A program made the position numbers and the translations under genes. A DNA stretch of 36,720 nucleotides from Callorhinchus milii (taxonomy: Eukaryota), in the NCBI RefSeq assembly GCF_018977255.1, contig NW_024705527.1:1-36720 (forward strand), given 5' to 3'. The notes beneath the pieces were generated by a model. The model saw only the letters and a program-made list of their open reading frames with translations. It searched no databases and had not been told where the DNA came from. Of this stretch, positions 1 to 11,029 are shown piece by piece; positions within the stretch are counted from its first letter, which is position 1, and each line of letters starts with the position of its first letter.

Positions 1-331
1 TCCCTCGTTCGATGTCCTTGTCAGGGCCGAACAGGACCGAGCCAGCGGCGTGGTCCCGAAAGCCAGAGCCGGTGCTCTTCTAAGAGCTGGTCTGGGACTC
101 CGGGTACCGGCCCGACTTACCAGTGTCGGGCCAAGTAGCCTCCCTAGCCCAGTAGTGGAGGACTGTGAGGTAGGCTAGGACTTAGCTAGGAGTTGTATTC
201 TTAGCTAGCGGGTGAGGGGGCGATACCCCTCCAGTGTTGTATGTCACATACAAGTTGTGTTAAATAAATATCCGTGTGCCTCAACCTCGGAGTCAAGTGT
301 CTTCACCGGTACTTCACTTGTACACGTGACA
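1..331 (+). mobile_element. 3' part of a probable LTR (LTR retrotransposon), cut by the window edge
   Basis: GC-richer than its surroundings; AATAAA near 264 followed by a U5-like stretch ending ...TGTACACGTGACA at 331, where the composition switches to AT-rich. The other end is not visible. Confidence 0.4.
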
Positions 332-1063
332 ATGTAAGTAGTGTGGTTAATTTAGGTAATGAGGGTTTATCGACACAGATTTAATCAGATCATAATGTGA
401 GTTTAACACGTAGGCTTTCGTGACTAGTATTATTCATAATAAAGATTTTTTAGACGCATTATTTATAAATGTGTCACAACTCTCCACCACCCGACAGGGC
501 CAATCAGTAAAACATGTGTCACGTTGACAAAAGACAAATAGTTCACTACTTTTTAGCCCACCGGTGTGTTGAAGAGTGAATCCACAACATTTGCAATGCC
601 TAACCCAAAATTATATTACGAATCATATTGGCTGCGAACACCTACCTCTTGCTCTATTAGACATTTTGATACAAATGCAACTACATTCTGACATTTTTTA
701 TTTTAATGTATGGCAGTCACATTGCATTCGCATGGTTAGAGAAAGCTCTGGTAGAAGTGTTTTCACACTGATAAAACTTGTGTTGGAAAGCCCGATACAC
801 ACAGCCTAGGTACAAATCTGTAAGAGATATGTACCAAGATATGAGAATAGGTTTTCCCCTTTTTCTGGCAACAAAACAGGTGATAAGATGTTAAACCACC
901 AAAACTGAAACCTTTTACAAGGAATCATGACTGCATTAACCACAAAACTTGTGGTCAGAATGCAAACAAAAAACATACTCTGATAATCTTTGGTTCTTTC
1001 GGTAAAGTCACGTAGAAGGGAAGTAATAAAATAATAAAAATAAAACATAATAAAATAAAATAA

Positions 1064-1114
1064 TTCTCACGACGTTTCGGCCTACAACGCAAGCAGCCGT
1101 CTTCAGGTGAAGAA
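1064..1114 (-). ncRNA. Minimal type I hammerhead ribozyme motif (PLE pLTR, inverted arm)
   Basis: Minus strand reads TTCTTCAC CTGAAGA C GGCTGC TTGCGTT GTAGGCC GAAA CGTC GTGAGAA; one extra base in stem II relative to the copy at 4387. Confidence 0.85.
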
Positions 1115-1910
1115 TGAGACACTGCCAAGCTAGGAGCTTATATATAAGCTGGGTTGGAGGTGGAAGAGCGCCTTAACAAAAAGAATGTGCATATCAAGAG
1201 GAATTTAGCATATTCATGGGAAATGCGTAGGAGGTGGGCGGGGGGGTTTCAAAGTCATATATGCCCATGCATTATGCAGGATCAGCAGCACCAAGGGAGG
1301 GTGCAGGGAGTAGCATTAACAAAGGAAAGGAATGTTAATAGTATGTAGCTGCAGTTACTAAACAACCACGTAGAAAACTAAAGTATAAACTACATAAAAA
1401 AACTAAAGTATAAACTGCATAGCACCATCAGTATACTTACTATACTCTACAATAAGCTGAGTTACTAACAGCAAGTAATACATTACAATTCTACGTCGTA
1501 AAAAATTATATAATATGCTTCCATCTAAACTTTATTCTCTTACATCAACGAGCATACACCGTACTATATACTGCCATAGATAAACCCAACATTAAATTAT
1601 ATACTGTATTGCTATAAACCACCTTATACATTTTAATATAACACTATGTATTATTCTACCCACCCTAATGTGTATCACACTGCTATATGTTTACTATACA
1701 ATTACGATACTATATATTACTTTGTACATTGTATTAAGCATATAAATGTTATACTATTTGTTATTATACACTGTACCATTGACCGTCGTGTCAATGGGTG
1801 AGTCGTGGGGGAAAACTTGCAGCGGAGCAAAGAATCCATTCCCTGCGGAGAATACAATGCCAGTGAGTGGAACGCGGTCTGAAAGTCACCGTAAACGTGA
1901 ACACAATCAG

Positions 1911-2825
1911 TTAAGATCCGAAATGGTTTATTACGTCCTTCCAATGATTGCTAAGCCAGAATCCATCTTCTCGGTTAAAATTGTCTCTGTGTTTGTATAT
2001 GTGGATCGCCTCATGAACGAATCTCTCATGATAGCCAGATGGCTTGCAGAGAACCTCTGTCTTGGAGAAGTCAATGTCATGTGAGCCCACTGAGTTGTAA
2101 CAGTGATCTGCCACGGCTGAGGTGTTTGTCCTACCGTGTTTCAGGTCTGCTTTATGTTCACGGATGCGGTCCGAGACATGTCGTTTGGTTTCCCCAATGT
2201 AACTGCTACCACAGAGGCAACTTAGTTTGTAGACGCCAGGGTACTGTATGTCTGGAACCACATCTTTTACAGACGGGACCAGATCACGGATTTTATGTAC
2301 TGTGTTGAATCGGACCTGGATCTTGTGTTTAGTCAGGATTTTGGAGATCTTTTTTGTGACCCCAGCAATGTAGGGTAAGGTGATGGTCTTGAAAGGCTCC
2401 TCAACAGGATCCTTCTTGATGGTTGGAGTGATGGCTTTGCGGATTGTGTAGTCGGAGTAACCATTAGCCTTAAGAGCTTGGCGTACGTGTTTGAGTTCAC
2501 TGGCAATGTGTTCCTGGTCGGAGATGCATTGGGCTCTATGGTATAGAGTCTTGATGAGGGAATTCTTCTGGGATGGATGGTGGTGGGAATCCGGTTTTAG
2601 GTAAGCATCCGTATGGGTGGCTTTCCTGTAGACAGAGTGGCTCATTGAACCATCAGGTCTCCTTTTAATTAGGACATCCAAAAAGGGTAGCTTGCCATCT
2701 TTTTCGACTTCCATGGTGAATCTGATGGCTGGGTGTATGGAATTGATGTGGTCGAGAAATTGGTCGAGAGTAGGCCTGCCATGTGGCCAGATGACAAAAG
2801 TGTCGTCTACGTACCTCTTCCATAA
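1911..2825 (-). CDS. 5'-truncated Penelope ORF: RT C-terminus (YVDD, thumb) plus GIY-YIG endonuclease
   Basis: The frame extends upstream of the ORF-track Met: LWKRYVDDTFVIW..MEVEKDGKLPFLDV..SVYRKATHTDAYL..SHHHPSQK..GVYKLSCLCGSSYIGETKR..R..EH..SAVADH..E..I..NREDG, the canonical PLE RT/GIY-YIG signature. Confidence 0.93.
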   Translation of the reverse strand, partial: LWKRYVDDTFVIWPHGRPTLDQFLDHINSIHPAIRFTMEVEKDGKLPFLDVLIKRRPDGSMSHSVYRKATHTDAYLKPDSHHHPSQKNSLIKTLYHRAQCISDQEHIASELKHVRQALKANGYSDYTIRKAITPTIKKDPVEEPFKTITLPYIAGVTKKISKILTKHKIQVRFNTVHKIRDLVPSVKDVVPDIQYPGVYKLSCLCGSSYIGETKRHVSDRIREHKADLKHGRTNTSAVADHCYNSVGSHDIDFSKTEVLCKPSGYHERFVHEAIHIYKHRDNFNREDGFWLSNHWKDVINHFGS

Positions 2826-2827
2826 CG

Positions 2828-3593
2828 CCAGCCATCAGATTCACAATGAATCGAAAAGATGGCAGCTCTTTGTGTCTAATTAAAGGAGACCTGTGGTTCA
2901 ATGACACCTTCTACAGGAAGCACCATCGGATGTTACCTAAAACGGATTCCCACATCATCCCAGAAGATTCCTCATCAGATCTATACATAGGCCATGCATT
3001 CCGAAGGAACAATTGCCAGGAACTCAAACACGTACGCCAAGCTCTTAGGCTATGGTTACTCCGATACCAATCCGCAAGCCATCACTCCAACCATCAAGAA
3101 GGATCCTGTTGAGGAGCCTTTCAAGCATCACCTTACCTACATTGCTGGGGTCACAAAAAGATCTCCAAATCCTGATAAACACAAGATCCAGGTCCGATTC
3201 AACACAGTACATAAAATCCGTGATCTGGTCCGTCTGTAAAGATGTGGTTCCAGACATACAGTACCCTGGCGTCTACAAACTAAGTTGCCTCTGTGGTAGC
3301 AGTTACATTGGGGAAACCAAACGACATGTCTCGGACCGCATCCGTGAACATAAAGCAGACCTGAAACACGGTAGGACAAACACCTCAGCCGTGGCAGATC
3401 ACTGTTACAACTCAGTGGGCTCACATGACATTGACTTCTCCAAGACAGAGGTTCTCTGCAAGCCATCTGGCTATCATGAGAGATTCGTTCATGAGGCGAT
3501 CCACATATACAAACACAGAGACAATTTAACCGAGAAGATGGATTCTGGCTTAGCAATCATTGGAAGGACGTAATAAACCATTTCGGATCTTAA
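2828..3593 (+). pseudogene. Frameshifted copy of the same Penelope RT-thumb/GIY-YIG ORF (right arm)
   Basis: Same sequence as 1911-2732 on the opposite strand, with many small deletions in 2828-~3240; GIY-YIG readable in ORF 3052-3573. Confidence 0.9.
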
Positions 3594-4386
3594 CTGATTG
3601 TGTTCACGTTTACGGTGACTTTCAGACCGCGTTCCACTCACTGGCATTGTATTCTCCGCAGGGAATGGATTCTTTGCTCCGCTGCAAGTTTCCCCCACGA
3701 CTCACCCATTGACACGACGGTCAATGGTACAGTGTATAATAACAAATAGTATAACATTTATATGCTTAATACAATGTACAAAGTAATATATAGTATCGTA
3801 ATTGTATAGTAAACATATAGCAGTGTGATACACATTAGGGTGGGTAGAATAATACATAGTGTTATATTAAAATGTATAAGGTGGTTTATAGCAATACAGT
3901 ATATAATTTAATGTTGGGTTTATCTATGGCAGTATATAGTACGGTGTATGCTCGTGTGATGTAAGAGAATAAAGTTTAGATGGAAGCATATTATATAATT
4001 TTTACGACGTAGAATTGTAATGTATTACTTGCTGTTAGTAACTCAGCTTATTGTAGAGTATAGTAAGTATACTGATGGTGCTATGCAGTTTATACTTTAG
4101 TTTTTTATGTAGTTTATACTTTAGTTTTCTACGTGGTTGTTTAGTAACTGCAGCTACATACTATTAACATTCCTTTCCTTTGTTAATGCTACTCCCTGCA
4201 CCCTCCCTTGGTGCTGCTGATCCTGCATAATGCATGGGCATAATATGACTTGAAACCCCCCCGCCCACCTCCTACGCATTTCCATGAATATGCTAAATTC
4301 CTCTTGATATGCACATTCTTTTTGTTAAGGCGCTCTTCCACCTCCAACCCAGCTTATATATAAGCTCCTAGCTTGGCAGTGTCTCA

Positions 4387-4436
4387 TTCTTCACCTGAAG
4401 ACGGCTGCTTGCGTTGTAGCCGAAACGTCGTGAGAA
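4387..4436 (+). ncRNA. Minimal type I hammerhead ribozyme motif (PLE pLTR)
   Basis: TTCTTCAC CTGAAGA C GGCTGC TTGCGTT GTAGCC GAAA CGTC GTGAGAA: core CUGANGA and GAAA, 6-bp stem II, stem I TTCT(T)CAC/GTGAGAA, palindromic ACGT in place of stem III, GUC cleavage triplet ending at 4429. Confidence 0.9.
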
Positions 4437-4972
4437 TTATTTTATTTTATTATGTTTTATTTTTATTATTTTATTACTTCCCTTCTACGTGACTTTACCG
4501 AAAGAACCAAGAAGATGAATCCTGCAGTCACGAAAGCTTTAAATCGAAATTTATACTCTGATAATATATGCAATTGTCTTTGAAACTGGTCCACACCAGA
4601 GATAGGTGTCTTTTGAGCCTAGTCTCAAAACGGTGTTATGATTCCTTGTAAAAGGTTTCAGTTTGATGTTTTAACATCTTAACCCCTGTTTGTTGCCACA
4701 AAAAAGGGTAAAAGCCATTTTCAGATATGCATTTATTTATTTAGGAGTTGCACCTTCCTTTAATATTTTTTTTACATATGCGAGTGTTAATAATTATGTT
4801 CTCAATGCTGGGGCAACAAAACAGCACAAAAGTATTTCAATAACTTCAACATATTCCGGTCAATATGACGTCTTTAGCAATAATGAAACTCTTAAAAGAT
4901 GATATTCCATTTTCAGACGTTGACATATGTATTGTACAATATCTTGTAACAGCATCAGTTGAAATTACTTAC

Positions 4973-5105
4973 ATACAACTGTTGGTAGAACCTGGTTCCG
5001 AATGGAAATCCGTACGGTGGTGAGAAGAACGAGACACGTAGTCTGTGTCCCAAATATACGGACTTTGGTCGTACACATTTCTCCCATAATCGAAGAGCCT
5101 CTTCT
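4973..5105 (-). CDS. Host gene exon: start of a MUC4-type NIDO region (1-nt frameshift)
   Basis: CAG acceptor and GTAAGT donor; reads EKRLFDYGRNVYDQSPYIWDTDYVS then, after +1 nt, FFSPPYGFPFGTRFYQQLY, matching the LFxYG..D..S..F....GFP.G......LY pattern preceding NIDO in MUC4. 133 nt versus 134 expected. Confidence 0.72.
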
Positions 5106-5613
5106 CTGTTAAAATAAATCAATTACACTATTAAAGAAAGACTCTCACAGTGAATATAATTGTTACACAATAAAACTGACTTTTGGGTAATAGAAAAGTT
5201 CTTGCTTAGATGAAGGTGTCAATGGAAAGTGATCATATTTTTCAGAAACCATTAAACCCTAGTTCATGATTTGGAAAGGTCACGATACGTGGTTGCAGAA
5301 GTCAGCATTGTCAGGTATTTATCCAATCAGTATCAGATGAGTATCTCTATATTGAATTATTTGACATATACATGATATGGAATTTGTAAATGTTCAATGG
5401 AAATTAAATGTGTATTATATGTATAATGCTTTACACCTGCGATGCTGGATGTAATCTTCAGCAAACGTCAATATACAATTGTCAAAATATGCTTGCTTAT
5501 TAAGATTTCAGTTTGCTGTCAAACCAAAGCATTAGCATAATTACCCACGTGACAACTTTATTGAAATTGAATGATCGTGTGTTTTATTATTCTCAAAAGC
5601 AGAGTTTGCATAC

Positions 5614-5736
5614 CGAAGCACTGAATGCCATCTCCCTCATAGCCAGGCTTGCACGAGCAAGCGTATGAGCCAGGCGTGTTGGTACAGAGCCCAAGCGTTC
5701 CGTGGCAGGGAGGTCTAGCATTGCACTCATCAATGT
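5614..5736 (-). CDS. Host gene exon: calcium-binding EGF
   Basis: 123 nt, phase 1-1, [45 protein letters not shown]. Confidence 0.93.
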
Positions 5737-6179
5737 CTGAACAAAACATACAATGTGCACACCCACAGTTACATATATGTAAACATGCTGCGAGTACTGA
5801 GCTGAGATTGCATACTTTAAAAATCACATTTTAGACTCTATTTTCATGAAGGTCAGCAACTTAAAACATAAACATTTTATGTTCTTCTCGGCATGAGAAA
5901 AACAAGCATTACTCAAACTTCACTATAACAACTAAAACCGAAGTAATGTTAAGAGATTGAAAGGTGCAGCTCTGTAGTTGCTTGCTTATAACACTGCTGG
6001 TAGAAGAGCCTCCAAAAGACGCAGGTTAAGTTTAAAAAGAAGTTAGATGTGGTAAAAAATATATACACATTTACAGCCGTTTCTTCAATCCATGGACAGG
6101 ATGAAGGCCTCCCCACACTGTGTTGGTAATGGGGGTAGTTTGACCATACTTCACCACACAGCAATTTACAATCTGATGA

Positions 6180-6262
6180 AGGCGAGGCCCAGGACTGGTT
6201 CAGATATAAAATTCAGGTCACGGGGTTCTTAGTGCAGTGCCCCAACCACTGGACCACCGGCT
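6180..6262 (-). mobile_element. tRNA-derived SINE head remnant
   Basis: Minus strand begins ..GGTGGTCCAGTGGTTGGG, an A-box-like Pol III motif; the rest is degenerate. Confidence 0.35.
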
Positions 6263-6396
6263 CAAACTATGTATGCAGTACCATGTATGGCTTAACGAGT
6301 AAATGGGCGATGTTCAATTGTTATAAGTATATGTTATAAGTATTATAAGTAGTTATACGTCAATTGTTATAAGTAGCATGGTATATGTATGTTTAC

Positions 6397-6510
6397 CAGT
6401 TTCACAGCGAAGACCAGTCCATCCACGCGGACAAAGGCACATGTAACTATTGACATCATCCAGACATGTACTATTGTGCTGACACTTGTTTCCAATGCAG
6501 TCATCGATAT
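6397..6510 (-). CDS. Host gene exon: Notch/fibropellin-type EGF
   Basis: 114 nt, phase 1-1; IDDCIGNKCQHNSTCLDDVNSYMCLCPRGWTGLRCET. Confidence 0.93.
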
Positions 6511-7622
6511 CTATGGAGAAATCACAAACATCATTCATGTAAATGCACTTTAACAGCCAAGATTTACACTATTGACAGCTACATTAATCATAAATTGCAA
6601 ATGAAACACAAGACGTTGAGAGGGACAAAAAAGTATTACATAAGGACTCACGCAGAACATAATACAATGTCATGGCAGGATAGAGTAAGTAACCTGCTAA
6701 GTTTAGAATCACATCACCGACGAATGCACCATGCATGCACATCCTAGCGGTGTCACTGCAATGCATACAGTGTCTACCGCCTCCCTGTATTTGTTAAAAG
6801 AACTTAGCATTCAACTTTCACATTTTTCAAAACTGTTGATGTTCCTCCTGCCTTACGAAAGAAGAATAGGTTTGGAATACAATGTTAAGAAAGCGTAGCA
6901 GACATAATCACGAAGAGGAGTATGTGATTCACTAAATTCACACTCTTGCTGGCGCATTTGATTCGCATAGAAATAATTTAAAAAACTAGAAATAATGCCC
7001 ACATTGTATTTTGTAGGATGACAACTATGGTCAAATTCCAAATAACCCAAATTGATTTGGAATGAGAAATCAGATCAATGTTACAAGATTATTTTCATTG
7101 GCATTCATTTTAATTGGAATCATACCCATGCGTGAGGATTTTTAGTCCAGAATTCTACCCCCTAAACTAAAGTCACTCAAAAGTAATAATTTACAATACA
7201 TTCAAATACTTATGAGTTCTAATCCCAGTCAGGGATCGTCTTTTCTCGACATTCCTCAACAACAGCGGTCAACCTAAACATGGGCTTCTTCATATGAATG
7301 TGGAAATTCTACCACTGATCAGCGTAACCAAAAGAGATCGCACAATTCTACGGCGTGTCTTCTTGGTTGGCACTGCATGTTCTTCACCATGGCATGATGT
7401 GTCAGACGTTTCGCTATACATGCTAGCAGCTTCTTAAGAGAACTGAATACACGTTGGACATCATGCCAAGCAACACAAAGTACAACTGGAAAATACAACA
7501 GAGGTATACAGTACAATCACAAAAGCTATGAAATAGTATGATATAAACAAAGCCTAATGCTCATCTGAATGAAAACTCTTACATTTGACTTAATACAAAA
7601 GAATGTGGGAAATGAGCCTTAC

Positions 7623-7736
7623 TGTATTGGCAGTATTGCCCTTTGTATCCCAGCACACAGGAACAGTTGTATCCCTTCAGAATGTCAATGCAGGTTGCAC
7701 CATTTTGGCACTGTGCATTCACGCAGTCGTCGATGT
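7623..7736 (-). CDS. Host gene exon: Notch/fibropellin-type EGF (absent from the ORF track)
   Basis: 114 nt, TAG/GTAAGG; IDDCVNAQCQNGATCIDILKGYNCSCVLGYKGQYCQY. Confidence 0.92.
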
Positions 7737-8385
7737 CTAAACAATATCACAACGCAGCGGTTATACACACAAAGGTTAATACACTTTTTAACTGCATTGC
7801 GCAGCAAACGATTATTTTGATAGATCCACTTTTATACGCAAATTCACACACACAACATTCACTTACACATACCTTTAGACATATTTACTCTCTCTCAATG
7901 CCAGGACTTATTTATCAGTTGAGTTGAGTTTATTTATGCGCTCTACTATTTTGCACATGTGTCTCATTTGAAAATATAGTACAGTACATTATGTAAATGC
8001 GTTTTGAAGTGCTTCATCATGTTCATTATCTGAACACATATGCACCAAAACACACTTCACGTTCATTCAACAACTTTATGTTGGAAAGGCCAGAAAGTTC
8101 TAAAAGCTGAAAATGTGCCCGTAAACTTCAGCTTAAAGGCATTCAAGTGCACGACAATCAATAGTAAGGGGTAGAAGTAAACTACCTATTCCTGGTTGCC
8201 ATTCAGTTATCGTAGTAGTGCATTGCCTGCTCACACCACAGGCGGTGTTTGGGAGATTCTTATGAACGACGCACACGTACTGGCTAAAGACACTTTTTTT
8301 GTTATGCTCCATATGTATATGAGCAATCTGAGATGTGTTCGATCTAAAACGTTTTTCAGTGAAGACGAGCATGATCAGGACTCAC

Positions 8386-8495
8386 TCGTAGTGCATGTGT
8401 CGCCCGACCACCCCTCGTCACATCTGCAGAAGAAGGCGTTGACCTGATCCACACAGGTGCCGTGATGCACGGGTTGGAAGCACATTCATCCACAA
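8386..8495 (-). CDS. Host gene exon: EGF (1-nt frameshift)
   Basis: TAG/GTGAGT; VDECASNPCI then +1 nt HGTCVDQVNAFFCRCDEGWSGDTCTT; 110 nt versus 111 expected. Confidence 0.88.
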
Positions 8496-8780
8496 CTAAG
8501 GGAAGCAAAGGCAGTGTAAACACACAACTTGTGCAGTCTGCACGATGGCACAGGGCCACATTGCACACTCCAGATTTTATGTCTGCTGAAAAAAAAGATC
8601 TAAATAGGCAGTGTGAGGTTGTAGAATTGTATTTAATATATACGTTTTATTTGTGAAGTTTATAGGTGTTAAAGCATCAATGTGCAGACATTGGTGCTAC
8701 ATCTACATTTCCCATATAGAAAATGTGTTTTTGCTATCGTGAACCGTGTACACAAATAAGTAAAATATAAAAAAAATACT

Positions 8781-9310
8781 TTTTTTAAACACGCTTTAAT
8801 GAAATGTACTGTCTGAGCTGCCCCTGCCCCCTTCCCCATCGCCCCTCCCCTCCTTCCACATCCCCCGGCCCTCGGCGTGGCTCCCCGAGGCTTGTCGTAA
8901 CGTAAGGGACCGTGGTGATTTACAGGCAACGTGAGTTGAGCGTGGACAATTAGCGCCGTGAAAAAGATAGTTTAAAAATATATATTTTAAATTTTCAATG
9001 ATAGAATATAGTATTGTCATCAGTATTACATGCCTATACCAAGTTTGCAGTCGATACGACATTGGGAAGACGGTTGAAATTGAGTTACAAGATTTGAGGA
9101 TACAACAGACAGAGTGAGTTAAATAAAAAAACGTGTAAAATGTTTTAATATATATTTAAATTGTAATGATAGTATATAGGCTTGTCATCAGTATGACATA
9201 AGTACACAAGTTTGCAGTCGATAGCACATTGGGAAGTGGGTAAAATTAAGTTCGAATATTTTTTGAGGTTATGACAACAGACGGAGTGAGTTAAATAAAA
9301 GCGTGTAATA
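8781..9310. mobile_element. Helentron/HINE-like non-autonomous element with a tandemly duplicated ~170-bp 3' segment
   Basis: Subterminal inverted motif ACACGCTTTAAT (~8789-8800) / AATAAAAGCGTGT (~9294-9306) in T/A runs; ~8975-9140 repeated at ~9148-9310. Family assignment is by resemblance only. Confidence 0.5.
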
Positions 9311-9616
9311 ATAATAAAAAGAGCAATGTTTGTTAGTATTCACGGACTTTTGAATGCGTTTAAGGATTTGCATTTATAGGGCACTCAAAGTGCTCTCCAT
9401 CTATCTCATCTCAACCATTTTGATACCCTGCTGCAGTCCGGCTAAAGATGCTCCCCAGTGGCAGCTGTCCCTGTGCGGCACTCAGCGCACGCAACACTGG
9501 CCTGCATGTGGGCTTTCATCTGCCAGTAGGGGCCAACGTTGCTATCTGGTTATTCCCAATTCAGTGATTTTGCGAGTAATTTATCAAAACTAGCCAACGC
9601 ATGTGTATCAGCTTAC

Positions 9617-9730
9617 GCAGTGTACAGAGGGTCCCACTCCAACCGGGTGCACAGCTGCAAGAGAAGGAGCCCGGTGTGTTGACACAGGTTCCTCCATGGG
9701 AGCATGGTCTAGAGGCACATTCATTTAAAT
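9617..9730 (-). CDS. Host gene exon: calcium-binding EGF
   Basis: 114 nt, [47 protein letters not shown]. Confidence 0.94.
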
Positions 9731-10040
9731 CTGCAAAAACACACACGAAAGGTCATGGAAATATACCCATCGATGTAAAACGTCCGGTTAACTTTTTTTT
9801 ACAAAAATACATTTTGATTACAACATTTCTGCTAAATGGTATTATACGAAATTAACATACAGTACATGTAAGCATGTTTTGCCCCAAACTGACATGACGT
9901 AGAATATGTAGTAGTAATATCACCAAGCATATTGTTGCCTCTATAAGTATGTTGTTACCATTATAAGTACATAAACTACATCCACATGCTCAGAAGCATT
10001 TACCCCACAAACATTGATGTAATTAAAATGTTCCACTCAC

Positions 10041-10154
10041 CTTCATCACAGTAGACACCGGTCCACCCACTGGTACAATGGCAGGAGAATTTATTTACCA
10101 TGTTTTGACAGGTGCCAGAATTTGTGCAAGGATTACTCTGGCACTCATCAACAT
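10041..10154 (-). CDS. Host gene exon: calcium-binding EGF (absent from the ORF track)
   Basis: 114 nt, [47 protein letters not shown]. Confidence 0.93.
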
Positions 10155-11029
10155 CTGTGGGAACAAAATAAAACATGAAAATGGAGTAAAGGCTTTGAGC
10201 AGCATACAGGTCATTCTAATAATGATTTACTCGTTCATCCACGAGGCCCCCCACCAACCCCCTAAGGACTCTTTTTTTCACGAAGGTCCTCCATTGGGAT
10301 TTTTAAACAGATGTTTTCAGGCAATTACTGAGTGTCTATACAAGTAGGAAACAAACCACTGTAGCACCCAGCGATAAAGCGCACGTGACTCTTATCCCCG
10401 AAAGGAATCAAAACGTATGATAGCTATTGTTGGACTCGGTGTTCTTCCTTCTCCTAGCGAGTCTAGGGTATGGCACCTTGATGCCCACGGGAAGGGAGCT
10501 TCACAAGAGTTGTGCGATCCACCAACTCTCACCTCCACCATCCTGGATTGCAGGTGTGCAAAGCAACCACCGCCCAGCATTAAGTTGTAACAAGTATGTA
10601 ACAATTATTAATAGTACAATGGTACACATGTGTATCATGTAAAATGTAATGGCTCAGTCCAACTTATTTCTTTCAACTAAATTTTGCTGTACCAATGAAA
10701 TTAATATCCTTAACAACACATCCCCCAAACCGCACTAATGAAGTATGTTAAAACAAAAACCTATGACCAAGATGATATGGGGAATTAACAACGTCAAGTT
10801 CACTCATTTCGTGTCTATGTTATTTTATCGTGCGGTTCTGTTTGAGTACACCCCTCCCCTCCTTTCCCTCTTCTTTCGCTCCTGTAAAAATTCCTGATCG
10901 TTACCCCTACGTGAGTAGCGGGACAGTGAGCCCAATCACTCTTCCTTCGATCATGCTTTGTTTGTTTAAAGAAAAAACAAAAGGGCTGTGGAACTGGGAA
11001 AAATCTCCGTAGTGACGGTTTTCACGTAC

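Larger units (their letters stand above)
988..4552. mobile_element. Penelope-like retroelement copy 1: two 5'-truncated arms in inverted orientation, 13-bp TSD
   Basis: 988-2732 is the reverse complement of 2828-~4511; spacer ~95 nt; unique ~40-nt tail to 4552; ATACTCTGATAAT at 975-987 and 4553-4565; RT C-terminus, GIY-YIG and hammerhead motif present. Confidence 0.95.
839..4728. mobile_element. Old MITE-like element with ~90-bp imperfect inverted ends, interrupted by the Penelope insertion
   Basis: 839-931 (..GGCAACAAAACAGGTGATAAGATGTTAAACCACCAAAACTGAAACCTTTTACAAGGAATCATGAC) is the degenerate reverse complement of 4635-4728 (GTTATGATTCCTTGTAAAAGGTTTCAGTTTGATGTTTTAACATCTTAACCCCTGTTTGTTGCC..). 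Confidence 0.6.

Noticed and set aside
414..425. GCTTTCGTGACT, reverse complement of the PLE tail core
   Set aside because: Only 12 nt, with no associated arm or TSD found.
4508..4545. Second hammerhead in the tail (AAGAAGA..TCACGAAAGCTTT)
   Set aside because: GAAAGCTT resembles a palindromic stem III, but the CUGANGA core is absent in both full copies; the 7-bp stem explains the conservation better.
988..4552. Whole palindrome as a fold-back read artefact
   Set aside because: The symmetry stops at the element ends, a 13-bp TSD and asymmetric tail are present, and copies 2 and 3 show the same design.
4890..4920. Minus-strand SENGISSF as the next NIDO exon
   Set aside because: No suitable AG acceptor, the intron would be ~50 nt, and a stop follows shortly.
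9375..9452. HDV-like ribozyme suggested by GGCTAAAGATG pairing with CATCT
   Set aside because: P1 has mismatches, L3 is non-canonical and the P1.1 GG is missing; not supportable by eye.
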